Shown piece after piece: positions 49,850 through 62,739 of a DNA stretch of 64,000 nucleotides (its first letter is position 1; each line of letters begins with the position of its first letter). The notes under the pieces were generated by a model. It was not told the DNA's origin and made no database searches. It worked only from the letters and a program-made list of their open reading frames with translations. The position numbers and the translations under genes were made by a program. This DNA is from Scyliorhinus canicula (Eukaryota), in NCBI RefSeq assembly GCF_902713615.1, contig NW_024055498.1, positions 4,582,554-4,646,553 of the forward strand. The letters are read 5' to 3'.

Positions 49850-51180
49850 TATATGGAGCAGGAGGTCAGAGGGATAGGGGTAGAGGTAATTGGGGATGGG
49901 TGGTGGTGTTGGTGGGTGTTGACAGTATGTGGACCATTACTAGTTTAATGGCACATCATGTCCATGCTCAACATCACAGGCTCTCTCATTCCTAACTGTT
50001 TTTAATGAAAGCAGATTGTCGACGGTCCGGACTCCGCTGTCAGAGTCGGTCTGTGAGGGGGCTCTGTGTCTGTCCATTTGGTCACCACATCGGCTCTTAG
50101 AGCTCTCTCCACGGCAGCCGTTCGTTCTCCGAACTGCGCAATGTGATTGATGCACCATGTGAAGAAACGCAACATTTGAGAAAACGTATGTACCGACATT
50201 TGAAACAGTCCGGAGAAAATTCACGAAGTTGGCCCCGTCTTTGGAGGTAATTTCTATAAAGGAGATTCGAAGAAAGAGACTTGACCTTATTGAGACAGAT
50301 AGGATAATCTGGGGTTTTCACAGGCTGGATCCTGAGAGGATTTCCTTTTGTGGGAGTGTCTCGAAGCAGAGGGCATAATCTCTGAGTCAAGGGGCGCCAT
50401 GTAAAACAGCGATTAGGAGGAACTTGTTCTCTCAAATGGCCGTGAAACTGTGAAATATTGGCGCTAAGCATGTTCAAGGCTGAAAGAGACAGACATGTAT
50501 TCAGTGAGGGCGTCGAGCGTTAGGGGTATAAGGTGGGATAGTAGAGTTGAGGATTATCGTCATGAAAAATATTAAGGTGGAAAAGTCCCCAGGGCCTGAT
50601 GGGATCTACCCCAGAATACTGAAGAAGGCTAGCGAGGAAATTGCTGAGGCCTTGATAGAAATCTTTGGATCCTCACTGTCCTCAGGTATGTTCCAGAGGA
50701 CTGGAGAATAGCCTATGTTGTTCTATTGTTTAAGAAGGGAGCAAGGATAATCCAGGGAACTAAAAGCCAGTGAGCCTTACATCAGTGGTAGGGAAATTAG
50801 TGGAGAGAATTCTTCGAGACAGGATCTACTCCCATTTGGAAGCAAGTAGACGTATGAGTGAAAGGCAGCATGGTTTTGTGAAGGGGAGATCGTGTCTCAC
50901 TAACTTAATAGAGTTTTTCAAGGAGGTCACAATGGTGGTTGCTGCAGATAGGGCAGTGGATGTTGTCTATATGGACTTCAGTAAGGCCTTTGACAAGGTC
51001 CCTCATGTCAGACTGGTACAAAAGGTGAAGTCACACGGGATCAGTTGTGAGCTTGCAAGAAGGATACAGAACTGGCTAGGTCATAGAAGGCAGAGAGTAA
51101 TAATGGAAGGGTTATTTGCTGAATGGAGTGCTGTGACTACTGGTGGTGTTCAGCAGAGATCAGTGCTGGGACTATGGTCT
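49850..51180. mobile_element. CR1 fragments within the J-to-supporting-V intron
   Basis: ORF 50770-51246 SLTSVVGKL...[12 protein letters not shown]; other CR1 3' pieces at about 50280-50560. Confidence 0.75.
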
Positions 51181-53126
51181 GGAATGCTGCATAGGGTTCA
51201 GTCACCTCAGTTCAGAAATTATCTCCATGCTTGGGAAGAAATTTAACAAATATTCCTGAGATAAATTACTGTGAGTTGAAATTGAGTTATTTAGACCGAT
51301 ATTCCATGTAATGTAGAGCCCTGAGATGTAACTTCATCAGAACATACCATATGTTCAAAGGGCTTGGCAGAACAGATACTGGGTAAGTGTATCCACGCTG
51401 GCTAGGTTCTCACTTGGGATCCCAGTTTCAGAATATGTGTTTCGGCAGTAGAGTTAAGAAGAGGATACATTTCTTCAGTTAACCAATTCATGTGAATCGT
51501 TGATTTCTGTTCCTCAAAGAGTTCTGGATTCTCAGATGTGAGTTTATTCACAGAAGTGTTGAATAGATTATTTGATATAAAAGTATCAAAGGTTATGGCG
51601 ACAATGGGGGGACTGGTTGTTGAGGTAGGGGATCAGCGACCAGATAAATGAATGGCGGGTCAACTTTGAAAGGTGGTCTCGTCGGTTTTCTACCCGTTAG
51701 AAATTGTCTTTTGAATTTGCGGTTCTGAGGACGGAAATCAGCTGCAATGCAAATCTCTCTGGAAAGGTTCAACATGTTGGGTCCACTTTCGCCGAGGGAT
51801 GGAGAATCACGAGGAGGATTTATAGGTGAATTAAATTATGAACATAAATCTGAATGGTGATTTGTGCGTTTTTCCAGAGAAAAGGACGGTGAACATGTAA
51901 TAGTCATTAACAGAAAACAGACACAAATTGGAAACAGATATTTCTACACAGAGACATCAGGGTATACTAATCGCTGCCACATTGAGTGGTTGGCGCAGAG
52001 ACTATTGTTTCAGAAATGGGTAGGATGGAAAATAAAGGAGGGGAAACAGAATGGAGCGACACAAGGTGCTGGATGGAAATGGCCAACTCGATTTCGGGTG
52101 GGTTAGGCTGACCTGGAGTATGCACAGACATAAATCAGTTGGGCCAAATCGTTCATTCCTCTTCAGTAGATTATACACAATATAAAACTTACAGAAAAGT
52201 TCGCTCAGAGAACCCGAGAGACAATCAGTTAATAAACTGAAAGAATTGTAATTGTCAGAGAGCCGGAAGAGGCAGTTCCCAGTGAGTAACAGTGAAACCC
52301 ACTGCGGAAACTGAACAGACTGAAGCCCACCGACAACTCAGAGACTTTGGGACAAGTTCCCACGATCACGAAAAGCTCAAACAGCGCAAAGTAAATGTAG
52401 AAATAAAAGGAAACTAACAGTAAATGATTCAATTTAAAGAGAAACGGAGAAAAATATTATTGATTAAAGAAAATAGACAGAGTAAAAGGCAATCAGAAAC
52501 TCCGGGAAATGTTAAACTGCAGTCAGTGATTGACATCTAACTACGGATGTCAAACGTAGGTTTGTATCCATAGCCAATGAATCGCAATCATTTTCTGTTG
52601 GATCTTGCTGTGCTAAGTGGTGAATGCAGTTCGGTTACACTCGGCCAATTATATCAGGAAACAGATTGTCTCACTGATATGAAAATGTTCCCTCGCGTCT
52701 GTTCCTCAGCAAGGAAAATAGGAGCAGAAATGTCACACCCATGGTGGAAACATACAGAAGTAAGGATTGCATTAGGCCCCACGGGCAGATACTGCCCTTT
52801 GTCAATGAAATACACTTCTTCCCATGAACCATTTAATTTTCCCATAACTCTGCATTTTCCTATCCCGGTCATTGACCATTGCCCGTTGATAAGTCTTTGT
52901 GGAATCAGTTCCCACCACACATTCCGAGTGTGCATTGCGGAACTTTCGAGTTTGTGGCGGGAAAGATAATAACCACTCATTCCTCACTGGTTCATATTGA
53001 CATAAAAGTTAATACAGTTCAAGCAGAATTAAAATAAAAACAATACCATAAACAACTGAGCTATTCACGTGATTAACAAATAATGGCTTCCCGAATAAAA
53101 CAAATTACGTTTTTTTCATCCGCCAG

Positions 53127-53432
53127 ATTCCAGTTCTTTGGTGTCCAAGAACCCGCCTCTCCAAAACTCTGCTGCCGGTGACACAGTTACTTTAAATTGG
53201 GAATATTCAGGGTTGTGTCAGTACACAGTACACTCGTACCGCCAGTCCCCAGGACAGGCTCCGGAATTCCTGCTTCAGAGACACACTTCAGGACAGGAGA
53301 ATAAAGAAAACGCTGCCGGTGGGAGAATTTCTGCTTCTATCGACACTTCCAAGAAAATCAGCCGTTTAATGATCTCCAAACTTCAACCGAGCGACTCTGC
53401 TGTGTACTACGCTGCACTGAGCCGGCACACAG
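53127..53432 (+). CDS. Leaderless supporting TCR-delta V segment (open frame, canonical Ig residues substituted; may be a pseudogene)
   Basis: AG acceptor 53125-53126 in phase with the J donor; DSSSLVSKNPP...TVTLNWEYSGLCQYTVHSYRQSPGQAPEFLL...SDSAVYYAALSRHT; CDR1 Cys at 53216; no leader exon recognised upstream. Confidence 0.8.
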
Positions 53433-54816
53433 CACAGTGATACAGAGCACGGAGAGAGCTGTACAGAAACCTGACCATGGTGAGGATTACACACACAGTG
53501 ATACAGAGCACGGAGACAGCTGTACAGAAACCCTGAACATGGTGAGGATTACACACACAGTGATACAGAGCACGGAGAGAGCTGTACAGAAACCTGACCA
53601 TGGTGAGGATTACACACACAGTGATACAGAGCACGGAGAGAGCTGTACAAAACCTGAACATGGTGAGGATTACACACACAGTGATACAGAGCACGGAGAG
53701 AGCTGTACAGAAACCTGAACATGGTGAGGATTACAGACACACACAGTGATACAGAGCACGGAGAGAGCTGTACAGAAACCGGAACATGGTGAGGATTACA
53801 CACACAGTGACACAGAGCACGGAGACAGCTGTACAGAAACCTGAGCATGGTGAGGGTTACACACACAGTGATACAGAGCACGGAGACAGCTGTACAGAAA
53901 CCTGAGCATGGTGAGGATTACACACACACAGTGATACAGAGCACGGAGAGAGCTGTACAGAAACCGGAACATGGTGAGGATCACACACACAGTGATACAG
54001 AGCACGAACAGAGCTGTACAGAAACCTGAACATGGTGAGGATCACACAGCACAGTGATACAGAGCACGGAGAGAGCTGTACAGAAACCTGACCATGGTGA
54101 GGATTACACACAGTGATACAGAGCACGGAGGTTGCTGTACAGAAACCTGAACATGGTGAGGATTACACACACAGTGACACAGAGCACGGAGACAGCTGTA
54201 CAAAAACCTGAACATGGTGAGGTTTACACACACAGTGATATAGAGCACGGAGAGAGCTGTACAGAAACCGGAACATGGTGAGGATTACACACACTGACAC
54301 AGAGCACGGAGAGAGCTGTACAGAAACCTGGACATGGTGAGGATTACACACACAGTGATACAGAGCACGGAGACAGCTGTACAGAAACCTGAGCATGGTG
54401 AGGGTTACACACACAGTGATACAGAGCACGGAGAGAGCTGTACAGAAACCTGAGCATGGTGAGGGTTACACACACAGTGATACAGAGCACGGAGACAGCT
54501 GTACAGAAACCTGAGCATGGTGAGGATTACACACACACAGTGATACAGAGCACGGAGAGAGCTGTACAGAAACCTGGACATGGTGAGGATTACACACACA
54601 GTGATACAGAGCACGGAGAGAGCTGTACAGAAACCTGAACATCGTGAGGATCACACACAGTGATACAGAGCACGGAGGGAGCTGTACAGAGATCTGAACA
54701 TGGTGAGGATTACACACACAGTGATACAGAGCACGGAGTGAGCTGTACAGAAACCTGACCATGGTGAGGATTACACACACAGTGATACAGAGCACGGAGA
54801 GAGCTGTACAGAAACC
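53433..54816 (+). repeat. Tandem array of 23 units (59-65 bp), each a heptamer-spacer-nonamer 23-type RSS plus linker
   Basis: CACAGTG-atacagagcacggagagagctgt-ACAGAAACC-tgaacatggtgaggattacaca; 22 CACAGTG heptamers plus one CACACTG counted. Confidence 0.92.
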
Positions 54817-55204
54817 TGAGCATGGATCAAGAAAATGGTTTAACCACTGATTAACCTGGAGTATATGCCAATCGCGTGAACTGCTCAGTTTTTGTGGCAA
54901 TGTTATCACTTTAATTGCATTTTAATTGTATTCACTGTTACAATACAATTGATACAATGCAAACCAATGGGGACTGAGGTGATGTTTTATTCCACCCAGT
55001 AAACTCTAACGATCTGAAATGCACTGTCAGAATGGGTGGTGGGAGCTGATTGAACAGTGATTTACAAACGGGTAAAGGTCAAATATGGGAAAAGGATAAT
55101 AACAGGACTATGGGAAAATCATGGTCGAATAGTATTTCATTCATGAAGGAAAGGCATTCACTCGAGGTAGTGAATGTCATCCTTATTTCTGTTTGATTCT
55201 ACCA

Positions 55205-55475
55205 TGGATAGAACATAGAACAGTACAGCAACAGTACAGCACAGAACAGGCCCTTCGGCCCTCGATGTTGTGCCGAGCAATGATCATCCTACTCAAACCC
55301 ACGTATCCACCCTATACCCGTAACCCAACAACTCCCCCTTCCCCCCTCTCCCCTTCCCCTTCCCCCTTCCCCCCTTCCCCCCCTTACCCCCTTCCCCCCT
55401 CCCCCCTTCCGCCCTCCCCCTTCCCCCCTCCCCCCTCCCCCCCTATTCCCCCCCTTCTTCCCCCCCTTCCCCCCA
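55205..55475 (-). mobile_element. HE1 SINE 3' tail fused to a C-rich polypyrimidine tract
   Basis: gaacatagaacagtacagc...cccttcggccctc, followed by (cccctt)n. Confidence 0.7.
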
Positions 55476-56379
55476 ATCACTGACTGTGGTTTAACATTTC
55501 CCAGAGTTTCTGATTGCATTTTCTCCGATTTGACCATTTTCTTCTTTCATTAATTTTTTTCTCCGTTTCTCTTTAAATTTATGTATTTACTGTTAGTTTC
55601 GATTTGTTTCTAACTTTAAACTTGCTGTTTGTGTTTCTTGTAATCGTGGGAACTTGTCCCAAAGTCTCTGAGTTGTCGGTTGGGTTCAGTCTGCTCAGTT
55701 TCCGCAGTGGGTTTTACTGTTACTCACTGGGAACTGCCTCTTCCGGCTCTCTGACATTTTCAATTCTTTCCGCCCATGACTGATTCTCTCCGTGGTTGTC
55801 TGTACGCAGTATTCTCTGTGGTTTACATAGTATAGAAATTGGGGGAGAGGAATAGATCATTCGGCCCAATTAAATTGTGTCTGCGCATATACTCCAGACC
55901 AGACTGTCCTTCCCCCCCCCCCCCCCCCCCACCCGAAACTTTTTTTAAATTTTTTTTTAAAAAAAATTTTTTTTTAAGGTTAATGGGGGGGGGGGGGGGG
56001 GCTTTTGGGTTACTTACTGGTATAGGGTGGATACGTTGACTTGAGTAGGGTGATCATTGCTCGGCACAACGTCGAGGGCCGAAGGGCCTGTTCTGTGCTG
56101 TACTGTTCTATGTTCTATATGAGGCGCCCAGAATCATAACCGGGTGAAGTAATTATTTTACTTAATATACTATGCGGCCCTTTGTGAATTGTGAATTTCT
56201 GAATGTGGCCCTTGCACGGAAAAGTTTGCCCACCCCTAGTCTAGACTGTTCTCTTTCCAGTATTTCCAAATCTGCCCATAAATGTATCAATACTCTCTGC
56301 TCCAAGCTCCATGTGGCAACAGGTTCCATTTTCTCACAAACCTGTGTTTAAATCTCTTCAACTTCATATCTGCATTTGT

Positions 56380-57140
56380 TCGGTCACTGATATATATCAA
56401 CATAGAAACATGGAAAACTGGTGCAGGAGTAGGTCATTCGGTTCTTCGAGCCTGCACCACCATTCAAATGTTCATGGCTGATAATGCAAATTCCGTTTCA
56501 CACTCCCACTTTCTCTCCATTCCCCTGCTCCCTTTAGCCACAAGGGCCACGTCCAGCTCCCTCTTGAATATATCCAACGAACTGGCCCCCACGGCTTTCT
56601 GTGGTAGAGAATTCCACAAGTTGACAACTCTCTAAGAGAAGAAGTTCTGCCTCATCTCAGTGCTGAATGGCTCATTCTTTATACTTAGGCTGTGACCCCT
56701 AGTCCCAACATCGTGAACATTCGTCCCGCATCTGGCCCGTGCAGTCCCATCAGGATCGTATATGTTTCTATGAGATCCCCTCTCATTCTTCTCAACTCCA
56801 GTGAGTCCAAACCCAGCCGATCCAGTATTTCTTCATATGTCAGGCCTGCCATCCCGGAAATTAGTCTGGTGAACTTTCGCTGGACATGCTCAAAAGCAAG
56901 AATGTCCTTCCTCAAACTAAAACTACACACAATACTCAAGGTGCGGCCTCACCAAGGCTCCATATAACTGTTGAAAGCAATCCCATCTCCTGTGCTCAAA
57001 CCTTCTCTATCTGAAGGCCAGCATATCACAGGCTTTCCTCGTCGCCTGCTGTACCTGCATGCCAATCTCCAACGACTGTACATGTGAGGTTACCCTCCTT
57101 GGTGGCAAAGACAAGAAGGCAGATTATTCTCTGAATGATG
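56380..57140 (-). mobile_element. CR1 3' fragment
   Basis: ORF 56685-56939 VQRKFTRLISGM...RRMRGDLIETY. Confidence 0.75.
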
Positions 57141-57409
57141 GCAGTTTAGGAAACTGGGAAATGCAGCGAGACCTTGGTGTCCGGTGGGACAGTTGTTATT
57201 GATACTCCACGAGGGCGACATGCTGGCGCAGTGGTTAGCACTGCTACCTCACGGCGCCGAGGACCTGGGTTCGAACCGCCGGGGCCACTGCTGTATAGAG
57301 TTTGCACATTCTCTGCGTGGATCTCACCCCAACCCAAACAGGGGCTGGTTTAGCTCACTCGGCTAAATCGCTGGCTTACCAAGCAGGCCAGCAGCACGGT
57401 TCGATTCCC

Positions 57410-59620
57410 CTGCCACCTTCCCCGACTGCATCCTCCCAATCGCATCCATTATCTCCTGCTCCACTATTGCTCCTTCTAATGTAGCCCTCTCCCCTTCCCC
57501 TAGCTTCGGGTACTCCAACACATCTAGAAATTCCTGCATCTCACAGTCTCCCCCGGGCGGCTCTGACCTGTACAACCTCTCATAAAACTCCTCAAAAACC
57601 TTGTTAATCAGCTCCGGAGCCAAACCAACTTCCCTGCCCTGTCCCTCACCTGAAGAATTTCCCTTGCCACTGCCTCCCTCTGGAGCTGACCTGCGAACAT
57701 ACCTGCCTTATCTTCATGTTCATAAACTGCACCCCTTGCTCATCTCAGTTGGTGCACCGGCTTCCTGGTGGATAGTCGGTCGAAGCTCGCCTGTAGTTCC
57801 TTCCTCTTTTCCAGCTTTGCTGGATCCCCATCTTCTGCATAACTCATATCTACCTCCAACATCTCATCCATTACGCTCTGCCACTGCAACCTCTCCTCTT
57901 TGTCCACCCTGGCCTTAAACAAAATTATCTCACCCTCACTACCAACTTTAGAGCCTCCCAGAAAACTGCCTTCGACACCTCACCCGCAGAGTTGAAACCT
58001 ACATATTCCTTAACTACCTTTTCAATTTTCTCACAGCACACTTGGTTCCCCAAGAGCCCCACATCCAGTTTCCACCCCGGCCTCTGCGCTACTCCCTTCT
58101 CCAGTACCATATCCACCCAATACTGAGCGTGATCTGACACTGCAATTGCTGAGTATTCCGACCCCTTGACCCCAGCCAGCAAAGCTTTTCCCACCATAAA
58201 AAAGTCAATCCGCGAGTATACCCTATGGACTGCTGAGAAAAACGAGTACTCCCGTTCCCTTGAGTGCATGAACCTCCAAGTGTCCACCCCTCCAGTTTCC
58301 ACCATTAGCCCAGACAGCGCCTTCCACCGCTGATGGGACCAGCGATCACGGCCGTGACCTGACCTACCTTGGCTCCTGCACCAAGTTCCAGTCCCAACCC
58401 CCCCCCACTAGTCGCCCCTCCAGCCCCCCTGTCACAATCACATATCTACCCCCCTGATGTGCCACCACCTTCTCCATCTGGAAATGTACCATTTTGCCCA
58501 CCAACACCGCTACCCCTCGAGCCCTTCCATCAAATCCAGAGTGAAACACTTGGCTAACCCAGCCCTTTTTAAATCTCACCTGGTCCTTCACCCTCAAGTG
58601 AGTTCTCCTGCAGCATTGCCACATCGGTTTTCAAACTTTTAAGATGCGCAAAGACCCTTGACTTCTTGACTGGACCTCCCAGCCCTCTCACATTCCACGT
58701 GACTATCCTTGCTGGGGGTCTCTCCCCCCCCCCCACCTTTCTTATCCAGCGGGCCCTGCCCCATAAGCCTGACACGCCCCTGTCCATTGTTTTTTTTTCT
58801 TTTTTTAAATAAATTTAGATTACCCAATTATTTTTTCCAATTAAGGGGCAATTTAGCGTGGCCAATCCACCTACTCTGCACATTTTTGGGTTGTGGGGGC
58901 GAAACCCACGCAGACACGGGGAGAATTTGCAAACTCCACACGGACAGTGACCCAGAGCCGGGATCGAACCTGGGACCTCGGCGCTGTGAGGCGGATGTGC
59001 TAACCACTAGGCTACCGTGCTGCCCTCTGTCCATTGTTAACATCGAACCAATTCCCCCCCCCTCCCAAATGTAGGGGGGCTACATTTCCCCCTGAATCAA
59101 CATCTCCCAGCCTCCGCCCCTTCGCCCCCCCCCCCCTCGCTCGCCTCGGAGACCCATTGAAGCCTGCTGTCCAGGCTCCACCGCCTGCAGCCCTCCTCTC
59201 AGCTCACCTCCGTTCACTAGCTGACTTTAGTTAGCTCGCGCGGGTGGCTCCCCCCGCAAAGACATATCGTCCCCTTCCACCCAGTCCCAGAGAAAGAAAA
59301 AATAAAAAAACAACAAACCCAACAATACAACCCCTACAATTCACTAACATAACATTTAATCGTCGCAACACAGAATACCAAACAACCCACCATTACCTTG
59401 AACTCTGTAACAATGCAAAGAGAAGTAAATTACAATACACATCAGTAAAAAGAAAGTTGTATCATTTCAACATGCTGCTCAAACACATCCCACAGTCTCT
59501 CTTCCAGCTCCGCTCCTCACGTCTGTGACAAGCCTTCTGCCCTCATGAATGCCTCAGCCACCTCCGCTGTCTCAAAATAAAAGTCTTTGGCGTTATACGT
59601 TACCCTCAACTTCGCTGGGT
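57410..59620 (-). mobile_element. L1-clade LINE fragment (end of ORF1, EN) with a nested HE1 SINE (58810-59030)
   Basis: VTWNVRGLGGPVKKSRVFAHLK, YSRIDFF, AVSDHA. Confidence 0.8.
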
Positions 59621-59624
59621 ACAT

Positions 59625-62600
59625 AGAACATAGAACATAGAACATAGAACGAACCAGCGCAGTACAGGCCCTTCGGCCCTCGATGTTGCACCGCCATGGA
59701 AAAAAAAACTAAAGGTCATCTAACCTACACTATGCCCTTATCATCCATATGCTTATCCAACAAATTTTTAAATGCCCTCAATGTTGGCGAGTTCACTACT
59801 GTTGCAGGTAGGGCATTCCACGGCCTCACCACTCTTTGCGTAAAAAACCCACCTCTGACCTCTGTCCTATATCTATTACCCCTCAATTTAAGGCTATGTC
59901 CCCTCGTGCTAGCCACCTCCATCCGCGGGAGAAGGCTCTCGCTGTCCACCCTATCTAACCCTCTGATCATTTTGTATGCCTCTATTAAGTCACCTCTTAA
60001 CCTTCTTCTCTCTAACGAAAACAACCTCAAGTCCATCAGCCTTTCCTCATAAGATTTTCCCTCCATACCAGGCAACATCCTGGTAAATCTCCTCTGCACC
60101 CGTTCCAAAGCTTCCACGTCCTTCCTATAATGAGGCGACCAGAACTGTACGCAATACTCCAAATGCGGCCGTACTAGAGTTTTGTACAACTGCAACATGA
60201 CCTCATGGCTCCGGAACTCAATCCCTCTACCAATAAAGGCCAACACACCATAGGCCTTCTTCACAACCCTATCAACCTGGGTGGCAACTTTCAGGGATCT
60301 ATGTACATGGACACCGAGATCCCTCTGCTCATCCACACTACCAAGAATTTTACCATTAGCCAAATATTCCGCAGTCCTGTTATTCTTTCCAAAGTGAATC
60401 ACCTCACACTTCTCCACATTAAACTCCATTTGTCACCTCTCAGCCCAGCTCTGCAGCTTATCTATGTCCCTCTGTAACCTGCAACATCCTTCCGCACTGT
60501 CTACAACTCCACCGACTTTAGTGTCTTCTGCAAATTTACTCACCCATCCTTCTGCGCCCTCCTCTAGGTCATTTATAAAAATGACAAACAGCAACGGCCC
60601 CAGAACAGATCCTTGTGGTACGCCACTCGTAACTGAACTCCATTCTGAACATTTCCCATCAACTACCACTCTCTGTCTTCTTTCAACTAGCCAATTTCTG
60701 ATCCACATCTCTAAATCACCCTCAATCCACAGCCTCCGTATTTTCTGCAATAGCCGACCGTGGGGAACCTTATCAAACGCTTTACTGAAATCCATATACA
60801 CCACATCAACTGCTCTACCCTCGTCTACCTGTTCAGTCACCTTCTCAAAGAACTCGATAAGGTTTGTGAGGCATGACCTACCCTTCACAAAACCATGCTG
60901 ACTATCCCTAATCATATTATTCCTATCTAGATGATTATAAATCGTATCTTTTATAATCCTCTCCAAGACCTTACCCACCACAGACGTTAGGCTCACCGGC
61001 CTATAGTTACCGGGGTTATCTCTACTCCCCTTCTTGAACAAAGGGACCACATTTGCTATCCTCCAGTCCTCTGGCACTATTCCTGTAGCCAATGATGACC
61101 TAAAAATCAAAGCCAAAGGCTCAGCAATCTCTTCCCTGGCTTCCCAGAGAATCCTAGGATAAATCCCATCCGGCCCCGGGGACTTATCTATTTTCACCTT
61201 GTCCAGAATTACCAACACTTCTTCCCTACGCACCTCAATGCCATCTATTCTAATAGCCTGGGTCTCAGCATTCTCCTCCACAATATTATCTTTTTCTTGA
61301 GTGAATACTGACGAAAAGTATTCATTTAGTATCTCGCTTATCTCCTCAGCCTCCACACACAACTTCCCACCACTGTCCTTGACTGACCCTACTCTTACCC
61401 TAGTCATTCTTTTATTCCTGACATACCTATAGAAAGCTTTTGGGTTTTCCTTGATCCTACCTGCCAAAGTCTTCTCATGTCCCCTCCTTGCTCGTCTCAG
61501 CTCTCTCTTTAGATCCTTCCTCGCTTCCTTGTAACTATCAAGCGCCCCAACTGAAACTTCATGCCTCATCTTCACATAGGCCTCCTTCTTCCTCTTAACA
61601 AGAGATTCCACTTCTTTGGTAAACCACGGTTCCCTCGCTCGACCCCTTCCTCCCTGCCTGACTGGTACGTACTTATCAAGAACATGCAATAGCTGTTCCT
61701 TGAACAAGCTCCACATATCCAGTGTGCCCAACCCTTGCAGCCTACTTCTCCAACCAACACATCCTAAGTCATGTCTAATGGCATCATAATTGCCCTTCCC
61801 CCAGCTATAACTCTTGCCCTGCGGGGTATACTTATCCCTTTCCATCACTAACGTAAAGGTCACCGAATTGTGGTCACTGTTTCCAAAGTGCTCACCTACC
61901 TCCAGATCTAGCACCTGGCCTGGTTCATTACCCAAAACCAAATCCAATGTGGCCTCGCCTCTTGTTGGCCTGTCAACATATTGTGTCAGGAAACCCTCCT
62001 GCACACATTGTACAAAGAACGACCCATCTAATGTACTCGAACTATATCTTTTCCAGTCAATATTTCGAAAGTTAAAGTCTCCCATAACAACTACCCTGTT
62101 ACTTTCGCTCTTTTCCAGAATCATCTTCGCCATCCTTTCCTCTACATCCCTAGAACTATTAGGTGGCCTATAGAAAACTCCCAACAGGGTGACCTCTCCT
62201 TTCCTGTTTCTAACCTCAGCCCATACTACCTCAGAAGAAGAGTCCCCATCTAGCATCCTTTCCGCCACCGTAATACTGTCCTTGACTAGCAGCGCCACAC
62301 CTCCCCCTCTTTTGCCCCCTTCTCTGAGCTTACTAAAACACCTAAACCCCAGAACCTGCAACAACCATTCCTGTCCCTGCTCTATCCATGTCTCTGAAAT
62401 GGCCACAACGTCGAAGTCCCAGGTACCAACCCATGCTGCCAGTTCCCCTACCTTATTTCGTATACTCCTGGCATTGAAGTAGACACACTTCAAACCACCT
62501 ACCTGAACACTGGCACCCTCCTGCGAAGTCAAATCTGTGCTCCTGACCTCTATACTCTCAATCTCCCGTACCCCAAAACTACAATCCAGGTTCCCATGCC

Positions 62601-62636
62601 CCTGCTGAATTAGTTTAAACCCCCCAAAGAGCACTA
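59625..62636 (-). mobile_element. Young 5'-truncated CR1 LINE with an almost intact EN-RT frame
   Basis: ORFs 60433-62853 and 59725-60429 share a frame and are separated only by TGA where Trp is expected (WAER*QMEFN); (TTCTATG)n tail near 59625. Confidence 0.92.
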
Positions 62637-62739
62637 GACCATGCATAGAATCATCAGCGCAGACCTTTCGGTAAACAGCCAAACACGCTGACCAGTTGCA
62701 TGAGGAGAGGTTCAGTCGGTAAGGCCTACACGCGCTGGA

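Larger units (their letters stand above)
51950..56345. repeat. Imperfect inverted repeat arms (about 51950-53080 and 54830-56345) flanking the supporting V and RSS array
   Basis: 52210-52532 is the reverse complement of 55474-55795; further matches 52770-53080 vs 54840-55200, 52100-52165 vs 55845-55910, 51950-52030 vs 56240-56345. Confidence 0.75.

Noticed and set aside
53407-54909. Cys/His-rich ORFs and a CRISPR-like look
   Set aside because: They are translations of the RSS tandem array; the linkers are near-identical, not unique spacers.
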